Origin: an uncultured Gemmatimonadales bacterium
GTDB lineage: Bacteria > Gemmatimonadota > Gemmatimonadetes > Gemmatimonadales > Gemmatimonadaceae
Reading direction: 5' to 3'
Assembly (NCBI GenBank): GCA_963851265.1
Contig: CAWKNZ010000010.1
Location: 64,001-128,000, forward strand
DNA length: 64,000 bases
In this document: positions 49,203 through 58,859 of the stretch, in pieces
How positions within the stretch are numbered: position 1 is the stretch's first letter
Layout of the letters: each line of letters begins with the position of its first letter
The notes under the pieces: model-generated
The model's database searches: none
Told to the model about the DNA's origin: nothing
What the model saw: the letters and a program-made list of their open reading frames with translations, nothing else
Translations under genes and position numbers: made by a program

Positions 49203-50636
49203 TCAGTGTAGGCCGACCTGCCCGCGCACCGACGCGAACAGCCGTACCGCGTCGTAGCCGACACCGCCCTTGAACACGGTCTCGACGTGCTCGACGTCGG
49301 CGATGCGGGCAGACGGATCGCCGAGCACGACGACGAGGTCGGCGCGACGGCCCGCCGCGACGGTCCCGATCCGATCGGTCTGCCCGAGGTAGGTGGCTCC
49401 GTTGAGCGTGGCGATGCGGATCGCCTCCAGCGGCGTGAACCCGGCCTCGACGAGCAGTTCCAGCTCGCGGTGATTCGCGTAGCCAGCGACGACGCCGCCG
49501 TATCCGGTCGGGTCCGTGCCGGCCAGCAGCAGTCCCCCCGCGCGCACGAACTCGCGTTCGAACTGCATCTCGTTCGCGAAGATCCGCGTCCACGGAGACG
49601 CGGGCTGCGCGGCGATGCGCCGCCACGTGCGCTCGTACTGCTCGCGCGCCTCGGGAAGCATGGCGTCGAGCGCGCCCGCCGGCGCCTCCGGCCGACCGGG
49701 CGTGTACGTCTCGAACACGGTGAGCGTCGACGTGACCGCGACGTGGTGCGCGACGAGGTCCCGGATCAGCGACTGGACCGGTTCGGAGCGGACGTCGAGT
49801 GCCGCGACCGAAGCCGCCCCAGCCGCGGCCGGGCAATCGTCCGCGCGCTTGCCCGGCGCGAAGTCGGTCGCGACGGCGAGCCCGTGCTCGAGGTTGTCGA
49901 TCCCGAGTGCGGCCGCCTCGCGGAAGGTCACCGAACAGAGATGCCCGGTGATCTTGAGCCCGCGCCGGTGCGCTTCGTCGGCCGCGGCTTTCAGCTCGGC
50001 GCGCGTGATGTGCATGTAGGCCTTGAACGACGTCGCGCCGCGGTCGGCCCAGTAGGCGACCGTTTGCCGCGCGTCGTCGGCCCCTGTGAGGGCGTGGACC
50101 TGGTAGATGGGCAGGCCGGGCCCCTCGAGGTACGGGGCGGTCGCGTCGAGCGACGGGCCGGCCGCGCGACCGCCGTCGATCGCCGCCTTCAGCTCGAGGT
50201 CGGCGTAGCCGGCCATGTTGCCCGCGGTGCGCGCGGTGGTCACGCCGCCGGCGAGGTAGAGGCGCGGAAAGCTGAACGCCTGCTCGTTGTAGACGGTCCC
50301 ACCCCCGGACGGGTAGAACATGTGCTCGTGCATCATGACGAGGCCGGGGAGCACGGAGCGCCCGGGCAGGTCGAGCACGCGCGCGTCGTTAGGCACCGGC
50401 GTCGTCGCGGCGTCGCCGACGGCACGCACGACCCCGTGATCGACGACGACGCTCTGGTCGGCGCGCGCGGGCGCGCCGGTCCCGTCGATCACGCGCACGT
50501 GGCGGAGCACGAACAGCGCGGTGTCCAACGACACGAACGCGCGCACCTCGGGGGCCAGCGTCGACGTCTGCGCGGGCGTCCGGGCGAACGGGGTGAGCGC
50601 GAGCAGCGCGGCGGGCAGGTAGGCGGACAGGCGCAT
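49203..50636 (-). CDS. Secreted amidohydrolase family protein
   Basis: Signal peptide; PGLVMMHEH (HxH), FKAY, TGH, LEH, AGTD, ADLVV. Confidence 0.88.
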   Translation of the reverse strand: MRLSAYLPAALLALTPFARTPAQTSTLAPEVRAFVSLDTALFVLRHVRVIDGTGAPARADQSVVVDHGVVRAVGDAATTPVPNDARVLDLPGRSVLPGLVMMHEHMFYPSGGGTVYNEQAFSFPRLYLAGGVTTARTAGNMAGYADLELKAAIDGGRAAGPSLDATAPYLEGPGLPIYQVHALTGADDARQTVAYWADRGATSFKAYMHITRAELKAAADEAHRRGLKITGHLCSVTFREAAALGIDNLEHGLAVATDFAPGKRADDCPAAAGAASVAALDVRSEPVQSLIRDLVAHHVAVTSTLTVFETYTPGRPEAPAGALDAMLPEAREQYERTWRRIAAQPASPWTRIFANEMQFEREFVRAGGLLLAGTDPTGYGGVVAGYANHRELELLVEAGFTPLEAIRIATLNGATYLGQTDRIGTVAAGRRADLVVVLGDPSARIADVEHVETVFKGGVGYDAVRLFASVRGQVGLH

Positions 50637-50697
50637 GGCCGGGGTGCGGGCGGAGAGAAACTTTGGTGGCGCGGCTGAGCGGGCGCCGGCGAGACCG

Positions 50698-51918
50698 TCA
50701 GGCGACACCGGCGGGCCTGGTGCCCCGGCGTGCGGCGGCGAGGGCGAACACGCCGAGCGCGGCGACGCCGACGAGCGCCTCGGCGAACAGGGCGCCGTCG
50801 GCCCCGTGCGCGTCGTGCGCCCAGCCGGCCACGCGGAGCATGCCGAGGCTGAACAACGTGTTGAGCGCGAAGAACAGATTCAACTTCGTGGCCGCCGCGG
50901 TGCGGCCGACGATCGCGAGCGCGAGGACCGTGAACGCGGCCACGGTCATGCCGAGCGCGAAGGTGTAGAGCAGGGTCGCGGCCGCGTAGCCGACCGCGGT
51001 GCGCGGCGAGAGCGCCATGGCCACACACGCCGCCAGCCCGAGGGCGCACGACGCCGCGTACGCGGCCGGCGGGGGTACGCGCTCGGCGAGGCGGCCGCCG
51101 GCGAAACAGCCGGCGACGATCGCCGCGCCGCCGCCCACGCCTAACACGAGCGAGACGGCGTCGCCCGACGCGTGCCACTCGGGGGCGAGCGAGCCGAAGA
51201 GGACCTGCGCCGCGCCGGTCCCGACGGGCAACACTGCGAGCAGGAGCGCGACGCGCCCGTCTCGCGAGCGCAGCACCTCGACAAGGTGCCCCCACGCTTC
51301 GGCCGCGCGGTGAGCGACCGACGTGCCCGTGGCAGTCGGGGGCGGGTCTTCGAGGCCGCGCAGGGCGAGGGCGCACGCGGCGGCGATCATGGCGAGTACG
51401 GTGCCGGCCATCCACGGCGCCGGCACGTGCGTGAGAAGCCATAGTCCGAGCCCGCCGCCCGCGGTCTGGGCGAACTGGTTGCCCGACTGGAACCATCCCG
51501 CCGCACGCCCGCGGTAGGCTGCAGGCGTGTTGTGAACGAGGAGTCCTTCGGTCGCGAAAGCGACGAAGGTGGCGGCGACCCCCGTCAGCAGCACGAGCGC
51601 GGAGAGCGCGGGCGCCGTCCGCGTCGTGAACGGGATGGTCGTGAGCGCGAGCAGCCCCGCCGCGGTGAGCGAAATCGCGAGCAGGTACCACCGTTTGCGC
51701 GACAGCGTGTAGTCGCCGATCGGGGCCCACAGGAACTTCCAGCCGGCCGCGAGGAGGCTCATCCCGACGACGCCCGAGACGATCGACACGGGCACGCCGG
51801 CGCGGCGCCCGATGTAGCCGAGGGCGATCGAGGGAAAGCCGAAGCTGAGGCCGTACGGGAAGTACAGGATCGCCCAGACCCACGGGCGGGGCGCGGTCGC
51901 GTCGCGCGCCCCCGTCAC
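50698..51918 (-). CDS. MFS transporter (AmpG-like)
   Basis: LYFPYGL, WKFLWAPIGD..RKRW; about 12 TM; GTG overlaps the upstream stop. Confidence 0.78.
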   Translation of the reverse strand: MTGARDATAPRPWVWAILYFPYGLSFGFPSIALGYIGRRAGVPVSIVSGVVGMSLLAAGWKFLWAPIGDYTLSRKRWYLLAISLTAAGLLALTTIPFTTRTAPALSALVLLTGVAATFVAFATEGLLVHNTPAAYRGRAAGWFQSGNQFAQTAGGGLGLWLLTHVPAPWMAGTVLAMIAAACALALRGLEDPPPTATGTSVAHRAAEAWGHLVEVLRSRDGRVALLLAVLPVGTGAAQVLFGSLAPEWHASGDAVSLVLGVGGGAAIVAGCFAGGRLAERVPPPAAYAASCALGLAACVAMALSPRTAVGYAAATLLYTFALGMTVAAFTVLALAIVGRTAAATKLNLFFALNTLFSLGMLRVAGWAHDAHGADGALFAEALVGVAALGVFALAAARRGTRPAGVA

Positions 51919-52835
51919 GGCAGGCGCGTGCCCTCCGCGTACCGCGTGTCGTCGGACGCGCGCAACTCGAAGCCGGTGGAACGGCCGCCGGCGACGGTGA
52001 ACGAGACGAGCGCGAAATCGAAGTACTCCACCACCTCGCCGTTCTGCAAGCGCCCGAGGACGTAGTACCCCGGGCGTCGCGGCGCGAGCACCCAGTCGAC
52101 GTAACCGTCGCGCAGCGGGAAGAGTGCGGGCGTCATGCGGGCGCGCAACTCGCGGCCGTCGTAGCGCACGTCGAGCTTGACCGCGCGGGAGGCCTTGTCG
52201 GCCGGGTCGGCCGCGGTGTCGTGCGCGCCGGGAAAGCTGAACTTGACGTCGTATCGCCCGACGAGCGGGGTGGCCGCTTCGGGGGCGACGGCGGTCGTCT
52301 GCGACGGCGTCACATGTACGTGGAGCGGCACCGCGACGGTGTCCCACTCCATCGCGAGCGTGGCGCCGGTGGCGGTCACCTCCGGGAACCACCACGTCAG
52401 CACCTCGGTGAAGGCGCCGTGCGAGGGCAGGACCGGGATCCGCACCTGGCCGGCGCGCGGCTTCGGCCCCTGCGTGTGGAAGAGGGTGGTATCGTGGTCG
52501 AGCACGAGTTCCCACGGGCCCGTCTGTGCCGGGATGAGCCACACCGAGTAGCGGCCGGGGGCGACGGGTTGGCCTTCGAGCGTGACGGGCTTCGAGACGG
52601 CGAGCGTGGTGGCCGTATTCGCGCCCGCCGTCCAGATCTGTCCCCAGTGGACCTGCGTGCCGATGACGTTGCGGCGACCGCGAAGGCGTGGGCGCGAGTA
52701 GCGCACCTCCATGCGCGTGCCGTCGACGGTCTGCATGACCGACGCGGCCTCGCTCGCGGCGAGTTGGGCGCGCGCCGGGGACGCGACGACCAGGGCGACC
52801 GCCGCGAGCGCGGCGCTGGCAGGAAGCCGGATCAT
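51915..52835 (-). CDS. DUF2911 domain secreted protein
   Basis: Signal peptide; YSRP.LRGR, WTAGAN.AT, GRYSVWLIP, MEWD. Confidence 0.82.
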   Translation of the reverse strand: MIRLPASAALAAVALVVASPARAQLAASEAASVMQTVDGTRMEVRYSRPRLRGRRNVIGTQVHWGQIWTAGANTATTLAVSKPVTLEGQPVAPGRYSVWLIPAQTGPWELVLDHDTTLFHTQGPKPRAGQVRIPVLPSHGAFTEVLTWWFPEVTATGATLAMEWDTVAVPLHVHVTPSQTTAVAPEAATPLVGRYDVKFSFPGAHDTAADPADKASRAVKLDVRYDGRELRARMTPALFPLRDGYVDWVLAPRRPGYYVLGRLQNGEVVEYFDFALVSFTVAGGRSTGFELRASDDTRYAEGTRLP

Positions 52836-53326
52836 CCGTAACGGTCGTCGATCGCGGAGCGGATCGCGTCGAGCGAGCGCCCGGCGCGGGCGAGGCGGAA
52901 CGCCATACGCCCCTGGCCGGTACAGATCGCGCACTCGCGCGCCATGCCGTCGCCCTCGTAGCAGCTGAGCAGCGAGTAGTGCGCGTGGTCGTCGGCGCAT
53001 CCGCAGTGGCAGCGAATGCCGTCGGCGATCTGCGGGATCTGGCGCACCTCGTCGAACGCGGGGATCGCGGCCGCCGCACCGAGCTCGCGCAGTCGCGCCG
53101 CGGTGAGGACGCGTGCGGCGTCGACGCCGGCGCGTGGGGTGGGGTGGGACGGACCGAACAACACACGCGGCGACGCGAGCGCGCGCAGGGTGTCCGGCGC
53201 ACCGACGCAGAGCGCCGCCGCCGCGAGCGCGGCGGCGTGGCCGGCGACGCGGCGCAACGCGCCTCGCCGGTCGAGGCGAGCGGCGCGTGGTGCCGGGCGG
53301 CCCGAAGGCGCCGCGTCCTCTTTCAT
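52832..53326 (-). CDS. PCYCGC-motif-like Cys-rich protein with Tat signal
   Basis: DRRGAL; RCHCGC, H.SLLSCY, CAIC; IR.AID.RY C-terminus. Confidence 0.75.
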   Translation of the reverse strand: MKEDAAPSGRPAPRAARLDRRGALRRVAGHAAALAAAALCVGAPDTLRALASPRVLFGPSHPTPRAGVDAARVLTAARLRELGAAAAIPAFDEVRQIPQIADGIRCHCGCADDHAHYSLLSCYEGDGMARECAICTGQGRMAFRLARAGRSLDAIRSAIDDRYG

Positions 53327-53452
53327 GCACGCTCCTGACGTGAGATTACCACCCGGCCGGCGTCCGGCGCCGCGGGCGCCCCCACGATACGTCGGGACGC
53401 CGGGGTGTCAAGCGACGCGTCCTCGGCGCGGCGCACGCCGCCCAGGGCCTAA

Positions 53453-53543
53453 CGCACCCGCGCGGCGCACCCGCGCGGCGCAACCGGGCGGCGCACCCGG
53501 GCGGCGTACCCGGGCGGCGTACCCGGGCGGCGTACCCGGGCGG
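53453..53543. repeat. Tandem repeat, 7 x 13 bp (consensus cgyacccgggcgg)
   Basis: Units read directly: cgcacccgcgcgg x2, cgcaaccgggcgg, cgcacccgggcgg, cgtacccgggcgg x3. Confidence 0.92.
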
Positions 53544-53561
53544 CGTGCCGCCCGCGCCGAC

Positions 53562-53876
53562 TCAGCTGCGCGTGCTGGGCTTGTCGCGCGGCGTGTGGTC
53601 GCCGCGGCTCGCCTGGAACGCGCGGTCGGCGTCGTCGCGCGCGTTCGCATCGGGCGCGCCGCTCGCGCCGCCGCCGGCCGCGGCCTCGGCGCGCATCGCG
53701 GTCCCCGTCCGATCAGACACGGCGCGGTGCGGGTCCTCGGTCTCGGCGGTCGCCTGGTTGTCGCCCTGGGCGTGTACGGCGCGGCGCTGTGACTCGAGTT
53801 GCTTGTAGGCGGGGTCGGCGGCGTCAGGGCCGCCGGCGGGGCGAGCGCCGCTCACGGGCTGGTCGTTGTTGGCCAT
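53562..53876 (-). CDS. Small hydrophilic hypothetical protein (104 aa)
   Basis: RBS GGGAG then ATG; host-like codon usage; rich in A/D/G/R with no hydrophobic stretch. Confidence 0.6.
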   Translation of the reverse strand: MANNDQPVSGARPAGGPDAADPAYKQLESQRRAVHAQGDNQATAETEDPHRAVSDRTGTAMRAEAAAGGGASGAPDANARDDADRAFQASRGDHTPRDKPSTRS

Positions 53877-53914
53877 CGGGTAGCTCCCGGCGAAGTGTGG
53901 AATCGGGGCGGGCG

Positions 53915-53929
53915 GCAGGGTGCGTGCCA
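53915..53929 (-). promoter_or_regulatory. Putative sigma-54 (-24/-12) promoter
   Basis: TGGCACG-CACC-CTGC, one mismatch to TGGCACG-N4-TTGC, about 40 bp upstream of the ATG at 53876. Confidence 0.45.
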
Positions 53930-54050
53930 GGAGGTGTCGTTCGGCGCGCCGGACCGTCGCGGCGGGCCGCGGCACCGATTCTGCGCCCCGGTTCGCCATG
54001 CCCCCGCCCCGGACCCACCGCCCGGGCGCGCCCACACGCACGCCTAACTG

Positions 54051-55277
54051 ATGCCGCCGAGCGCCCCGCTCTTTCGCAGCTTCTTTCAGGCCGGATTCGA
54101 GTGCTCCACGCACCGGCTGCGCACGTCGCGCCGTCTCGACCTGGTCGCGTCCACGCAGCACGACGTGTTCGCCGGCTCCGACTACGCGCTCTGCGCGGCC
54201 GCGGGGCTGCGCACCGTGCGGGACGGGGTCCGCTGGCATCTCGCCGACCGCGGCGGCGCGCTCGACCTCTCGGCCGAGGTGCCGCGGGTCCGGGCCGCGC
54301 GCGACGCGGGGGTCGAGGTGATCTGGGACCTGTGCCATTACGGATGGCCCGACGACGTCGACGTGTTCGCGCCGGCGTTCGTGAACCGGTTCGCGCGGTT
54401 CGCGCGCGCGTTCGCCGCGATGGTCGCGAACGAGACCGACGAGGTCCCGTGGTACGCGCCCGTCAACGAGATCTCGTTTTTCGCGTGGGCCGGGGGCGAC
54501 GCGACGTACCTCAACCCGTTCCGCGGCGACGCCGGGCACGCGCTCAAGCGGCAGCTGGTGCGCGCGGCGGTGGCCGCGGTGCACGCCGTGCGCGACGTCG
54601 ACCGGCGCGCGCGTATCGTGCACACGGACCCCGTGTTCTGGGTCGTGCCGCACGCCGGACGGCCGGGCGACGCCGCGGACGCGGACGGGCACAACGTCGC
54701 CCAGTTCGAGGCGTGGGACATGCTCGCCGGGCGGCGCGAGCCGGAGTTAGGCGGCACCCCGGACGTGCTCGACGTCGTCGGCGTCAACTATTACGCCAAC
54801 AACCAGTGGGTGTGGGCAGGCCCGCTCGCCTTCCGCAACGAGGTGCTCGACGCGTCCGACGCGCGGTACCGGCCGTTCCGTGAGCTGGTCGCCGCGGTGT
54901 ACGGCCGATACGGGCGCCCGCTGTTCGTCGCCGAAACGGGGATCGAAGGCGAGGCGCGGCCGGCGTGGCTGCGCTACATGGCCGACGAGGTGCGCGCGGC
55001 CCAGCACGCGGGTGTACCGGTCGAGGGGCTGTGCGTGTACCCCGTGGTCGACCACCCGGGGTGGGACGACGACCGCCACTGCCCGAACGGGCTGTGGGGC
55101 TACCCCGACGCGGTTGGCGCACGCGAGGCGTACGCGCCGCTCCTCGAGGAGCTCGGACGGCAGCAGGACGCGCAGCGCGCGCTCCACGCGGATCCGGCGG
55201 CGCACCTGCAGCATGACGCACGCCGGACGGAGTCGCAGAGGGAGGCGCGGTCGCAGCTCGACGCGGCCCCGCGGTAG
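54051..55277 (+). CDS. GH1-like beta-glucosidase family protein
   Basis: AGFECSTH, WDLCHYGWP, APVNEISF, GVNYY..NQW, VAETG. Confidence 0.8.
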   Translation: MPPSAPLFRSFFQAGFECSTHRLRTSRRLDLVASTQHDVFAGSDYALCAAAGLRTVRDGVRWHLADRGGALDLSAEVPRVRAARDAGVEVIWDLCHYGWPDDVDVFAPAFVNRFARFARAFAAMVANETDEVPWYAPVNEISFFAWAGGDATYLNPFRGDAGHALKRQLVRAAVAAVHAVRDVDRRARIVHTDPVFWVVPHAGRPGDAADADGHNVAQFEAWDMLAGRREPELGGTPDVLDVVGVNYYANNQWVWAGPLAFRNEVLDASDARYRPFRELVAAVYGRYGRPLFVAETGIEGEARPAWLRYMADEVRAAQHAGVPVEGLCVYPVVDHPGWDDDRHCPNGLWGYPDAVGAREAYAPLLEELGRQQDAQRALHADPAAHLQHDARRTESQREARSQLDAAPR

Positions 55278-55459
55278 CGAGCCGCCCGCGGCCGATGCGG
55301 TCGCGCCGCGCCCGTCGCGCCGGCGCGCGCGCGGGGCGACATTGCACCCGACCGCGGCGGCGGTGGTTCAGCCCGCCGAGTACCCCCAAGCCGACCGGCC
55401 GACCCCGATGCGCACCGACCTGCAGCTGACGCGGCACGTGGCCCCGTGATGGGCTTCGC

Positions 55460-56404
55460 GTGACGCGCGTTCCTCACCGCGCGCGCGGCGCCCGCGCCGC
55501 GGCCGTCTGCCTTTCCGCCATCGCCCTAGCGGCGTGCCGCCAGGGGACCGCACCGGCCCCCGCGACCGCGCCGGCGTCCCCGCCCGCTCCGGCCGCCGGG
55601 ACGGTGGTGTTCTTCGACGATTTCACGGGGCCCGCGCTCGACCGCACGCACTGGACGGTGCGCGTGACCGGGCCGGACAACGGCACCGTCAACGACGAGC
55701 AGCAGGCGTACGTCGACGACGAGGGCACGGCCGGCGGGACGCTCCACATCGTCCACGGCGCGGCGGCCGCGGGCGCCGCGGGCGACGGCGCGCTGGAGAT
55801 CCGCCCGCGATCCCGGCCGGGCTTCACCACCGCCGACGGGCACCGCTTCGATTTCGTGTCAGGACGACTCGATACCCGCGGGCTGGTCGAGTTCACCTAC
55901 GGCACGGCGGCCGCGCGCATGCGGTTGCCCGCCGGCGCCGGGCTCTGGCCGGCGTTCTGGGCGCTCGGCACGGGCCCGTGGCCCGCCACGGGCGAGATCG
56001 ACGTGATGGAGAACGTGGGGGATTCCTCCTGGACGAGCGCGGCGCTGCACGGCCCCGGCTACTCGGGCAACACGCCTCTGGTCCAACGCGCGCCCTTGCC
56101 GGCCGGGCAGGACGTCACGGGCTGGCACGTCTACTCGGTGGACTGGGCGCCCGACACGCTCACGTTCCGCGTAGACGACCGGATCATCTACACCGTGCCC
56201 CGCCCCGCCGTCGAACGCTACGGCCGGTGGGCGTTCGACAACCCGAAGTACCTGATCCTCAACCTCGCCCTCGGCGGCGCCTACCCCCGCGCCGTCAACA
56301 GCGTGGGCGCACCGTACCCCGGGCTCCCGGACGCGACGGTCCGCCGTATCCAGGGCGACAGCGCCGTCGTGCTCGTCGACTGGGTGCGGGTCACGCGGCG
56401 GTGA
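55460..56404 (+). CDS. Glycoside hydrolase family 16 (beta-1,3-glucanase-like) lipoprotein
   Basis: LAAC lipobox; FFDDF, GLWPAFW, GEIDVME, WHVYSVDW, LNLALGG. Confidence 0.92.
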   Translation: MTRVPHRARGARAAAVCLSAIALAACRQGTAPAPATAPASPPAPAAGTVVFFDDFTGPALDRTHWTVRVTGPDNGTVNDEQQAYVDDEGTAGGTLHIVHGAAAAGAAGDGALEIRPRSRPGFTTADGHRFDFVSGRLDTRGLVEFTYGTAAARMRLPAGAGLWPAFWALGTGPWPATGEIDVMENVGDSSWTSAALHGPGYSGNTPLVQRAPLPAGQDVTGWHVYSVDWAPDTLTFRVDDRIIYTVPRPAVERYGRWAFDNPKYLILNLALGGAYPRAVNSVGAPYPGLPDATVRRIQGDSAVVLVDWVRVTRR

Positions 56405-56489
56405 AACGCGCGGACGCGTCACGGGCCGCGGCATGCTGCTCGCCGCCCCACCATCCCTGATGCGCGCGCTGGCGCGCGGAGACTTCCGA

Positions 56490-58859
56490 TTGACGTTTGA
56501 CCACGTTCGGACGCGGCTGGGCGGCCTCGTCGCGACACTCGCGTCGGCGGCGGCGCTCTCGGCGGCCCCGAGCGGCGCGCAGGCGCCCGCGGCGGTGCCG
56601 GCTGCCCAACGGCTCGACCCGCGCGTCGAGGCGCGCGTCGACTCGCTGCTGCGCGTGATGACGCTCGAGGAGAAGGTGGGCGAGATGACGCAGCTGACCG
56701 TGCAGGCGGTGTCGCGCGTGCACGGAACCGCCACCGTCTCCCAGCAGCTCGATTCGGCCAAACTGGAGGAGGCGATCGTGCGGCGGCACGTGGGGTCGCT
56801 GCTCAACGTGTGGGACGTCGCGCTCACGCCCGAGCAGTGGCGGCAGCTGACGACGACCGTACAGCGCGCCGCGGCGCGCTCGCGGCTCAAGATCCCGGTG
56901 ATCTACGGCATCGACGCGGTGCACGGCGAGCACTACATGCGCGGCGCCACGCTCTTTCCGCAGAACGTGGCGATGGCGGCGACGTTCAACCCCGACCTCG
57001 TGCGGCGCGAGCACGAGATCACGGCGTACGAGACGCGGGCGAGCGGGATCCCGTGGAACTTCGCCCCCGTGCTCGACGTCGGCCGCCAGCCGCTCTGGCC
57101 GCGCTTCTACGAAACGTTCGGCGAGGACCCGTACCTCGGCAGCGTGCTCGGCGCGGTCGCCGTGGAGGCCGAGCAGCGGGACCCGCGGCCGGCGCTCGCG
57201 CCGCTGTTAGGCGGTGCCGCGCGCACGGGCGCCCGGGGCGTGGGCGGGCGCGTGTTCGTGACCGCGTCGGCGAAGCACTTCCTCGGCTACAGCATGCCGC
57301 TCAGCGGCAAGGATCGCACGACGGCGTGGATCCCCGAGCGCGAGCTGCGCGAGATCTTCCTGCCGCCGTTCCGGAGCGCGATCAACGCCGGCATCCGCAC
57401 GGTGATGGTCAACTCGGGCGACATCAACGGCGTGCCGGTGCACGCGAGCCACGAGATCCTCACCGACCTGCTGCGCAACGAGCTCGGCTTCACCGGGGTC
57501 GCGGTGAGCGACTGGGAGGACGTCCGGAAGCTCGTCACGTTCCACCGCACGGCGGCCAACGACAAGGAGGCCGTGCGCCAGGCGATCATGGCCGGGATCG
57601 ACATGAGCATGGTCCCGTACGACTACTCGTTCACCGACGACCTGCTCGCGCTCGTGCGCGAGGGGGCGGTGCCGCAGGCGCGGATCGACGAGAGCGTGCG
57701 GCGCATCCTGCGGCTCAAGTTCGAACTCGGACTGTTCGAGAACCCGAACCCCGACCCGGCGATGCTCGCCAACGTCGGCACGACCGCGTTCCAGCCGGCG
57801 AGCCGCGAGGCGGCGAACCAGGCGGTGACGCTGCTGAAGAACGCGGGCGGCTCCGGGGGCGCGCCGATGCTGCCGCTGCCGAAGACCGCGCGCGTGCTCG
57901 TGACGGGCCCCGCGGCCACGTCGCTCCCCGCGCAATACGGCGGGTGGTCGTACACCTGGCAGGGGCGCGACACGGCGCTCTACCCGAAGGACGTGAAGAC
58001 GCTGCTCGACGCCGTGCGCGACCGGGTGGGCGCGGGACGCGTGACGTACGTGCCGGGCGCGACGTTCGATGCCCCCGGCGACGTGGCCGCGGCGGTGGCC
58101 GCCGCGCGCGACGTGGACGTGGTCGTCGTCGCGTTGGGCGAGAACTCCTCGGCCGAACAGCCAGGCAACATCGACGACCTCATGATGCCCGAAGGGCAGC
58201 TGCAGCTGGCGCGCGCGCTCGAGGCGACGGGCAAGCCGGTGGTCGTGGCGCTGTTCGAGGGGCGGCCGCGCGTGATCCGGCCGCTCGTCGACTCCGCGCG
58301 CGCGATCGTGACGGGCTACGAGACGGGCCCGTACGGCGGCGAGGCGGTCGCGGGCGTGCTGTTCGGCGACGTGAACCCGAGCGGGCGCCTGCCGTTCACG
58401 TACCCGCGGTACACGGGCGCGATCGAGCACTACGACCGCGCGGAGCCCGCGAACTCGACGGCGGGCGACTCGACCACGGGCTACCACCCCGAGTTCGAGT
58501 TCGGGTACGGCCTCTCGTACACGACGTACGCGTACAGCGACCTGCACGTGGACCGGGCGCGCGCGGGGGCGCGCGACACCGTGACGGTCACGGTGACCGT
58601 CGCCAACACCGGCGCGCGCGCCGGGATGGAGGCCGTGCCGCTCTACTCGCGGCAGCTCTACGCGAGCGTGAACCCGCCGGTCAAACGCCTGCGTGACTTC
58701 ACGAAGATCACCCTCGCGCCGGGCGAACGCCGGACGGTGACGTTCCGCCTTCCCGTCCAGCGCCTCGCGTTCGTCGGTCGCGACAACCATCCGGTGGTCG
58801 AGCCGGGCGACTTCGACCTCATGGTCGGCGGGCTCACCACGCGACTCACGGTGCAATGA
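56490..58859 (+). CDS. Glycoside hydrolase family 3 beta-glucosidase (BglX-like)
   Basis: MTLEEKVG, DAVHG, AKHF, VSDW, LLKN, NPSGRLP, FGYGLSYT, Fn3-like tail; TTG start after GGAGA (alternative 56433). Confidence 0.93.
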   Translation: MTFDHVRTRLGGLVATLASAAALSAAPSGAQAPAAVPAAQRLDPRVEARVDSLLRVMTLEEKVGEMTQLTVQAVSRVHGTATVSQQLDSAKLEEAIVRRHVGSLLNVWDVALTPEQWRQLTTTVQRAAARSRLKIPVIYGIDAVHGEHYMRGATLFPQNVAMAATFNPDLVRREHEITAYETRASGIPWNFAPVLDVGRQPLWPRFYETFGEDPYLGSVLGAVAVEAEQRDPRPALAPLLGGAARTGARGVGGRVFVTASAKHFLGYSMPLSGKDRTTAWIPERELREIFLPPFRSAINAGIRTVMVNSGDINGVPVHASHEILTDLLRNELGFTGVAVSDWEDVRKLVTFHRTAANDKEAVRQAIMAGIDMSMVPYDYSFTDDLLALVREGAVPQARIDESVRRILRLKFELGLFENPNPDPAMLANVGTTAFQPASREAANQAVTLLKNAGGSGGAPMLPLPKTARVLVTGPAATSLPAQYGGWSYTWQGRDTALYPKDVKTLLDAVRDRVGAGRVTYVPGATFDAPGDVAAAVAAARDVDVVVVALGENSSAEQPGNIDDLMMPEGQLQLARALEATGKPVVVALFEGRPRVIRPLVDSARAIVTGYETGPYGGEAVAGVLFGDVNPSGRLPFTYPRYTGAIEHYDRAEPANSTAGDSTTGYHPEFEFGYGLSYTTYAYSDLHVDRARAGARDTVTVTVTVANTGARAGMEAVPLYSRQLYASVNPPVKRLRDFTKITLAPGERRTVTFRLPVQRLAFVGRDNHPVVEPGDFDLMVGGLTTRLTVQ

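Noticed and set aside
53453..53543. Possible CRISPR array
   Set aside because: The units are 13 bp, contiguous and spacer-less, and there are no cas genes.
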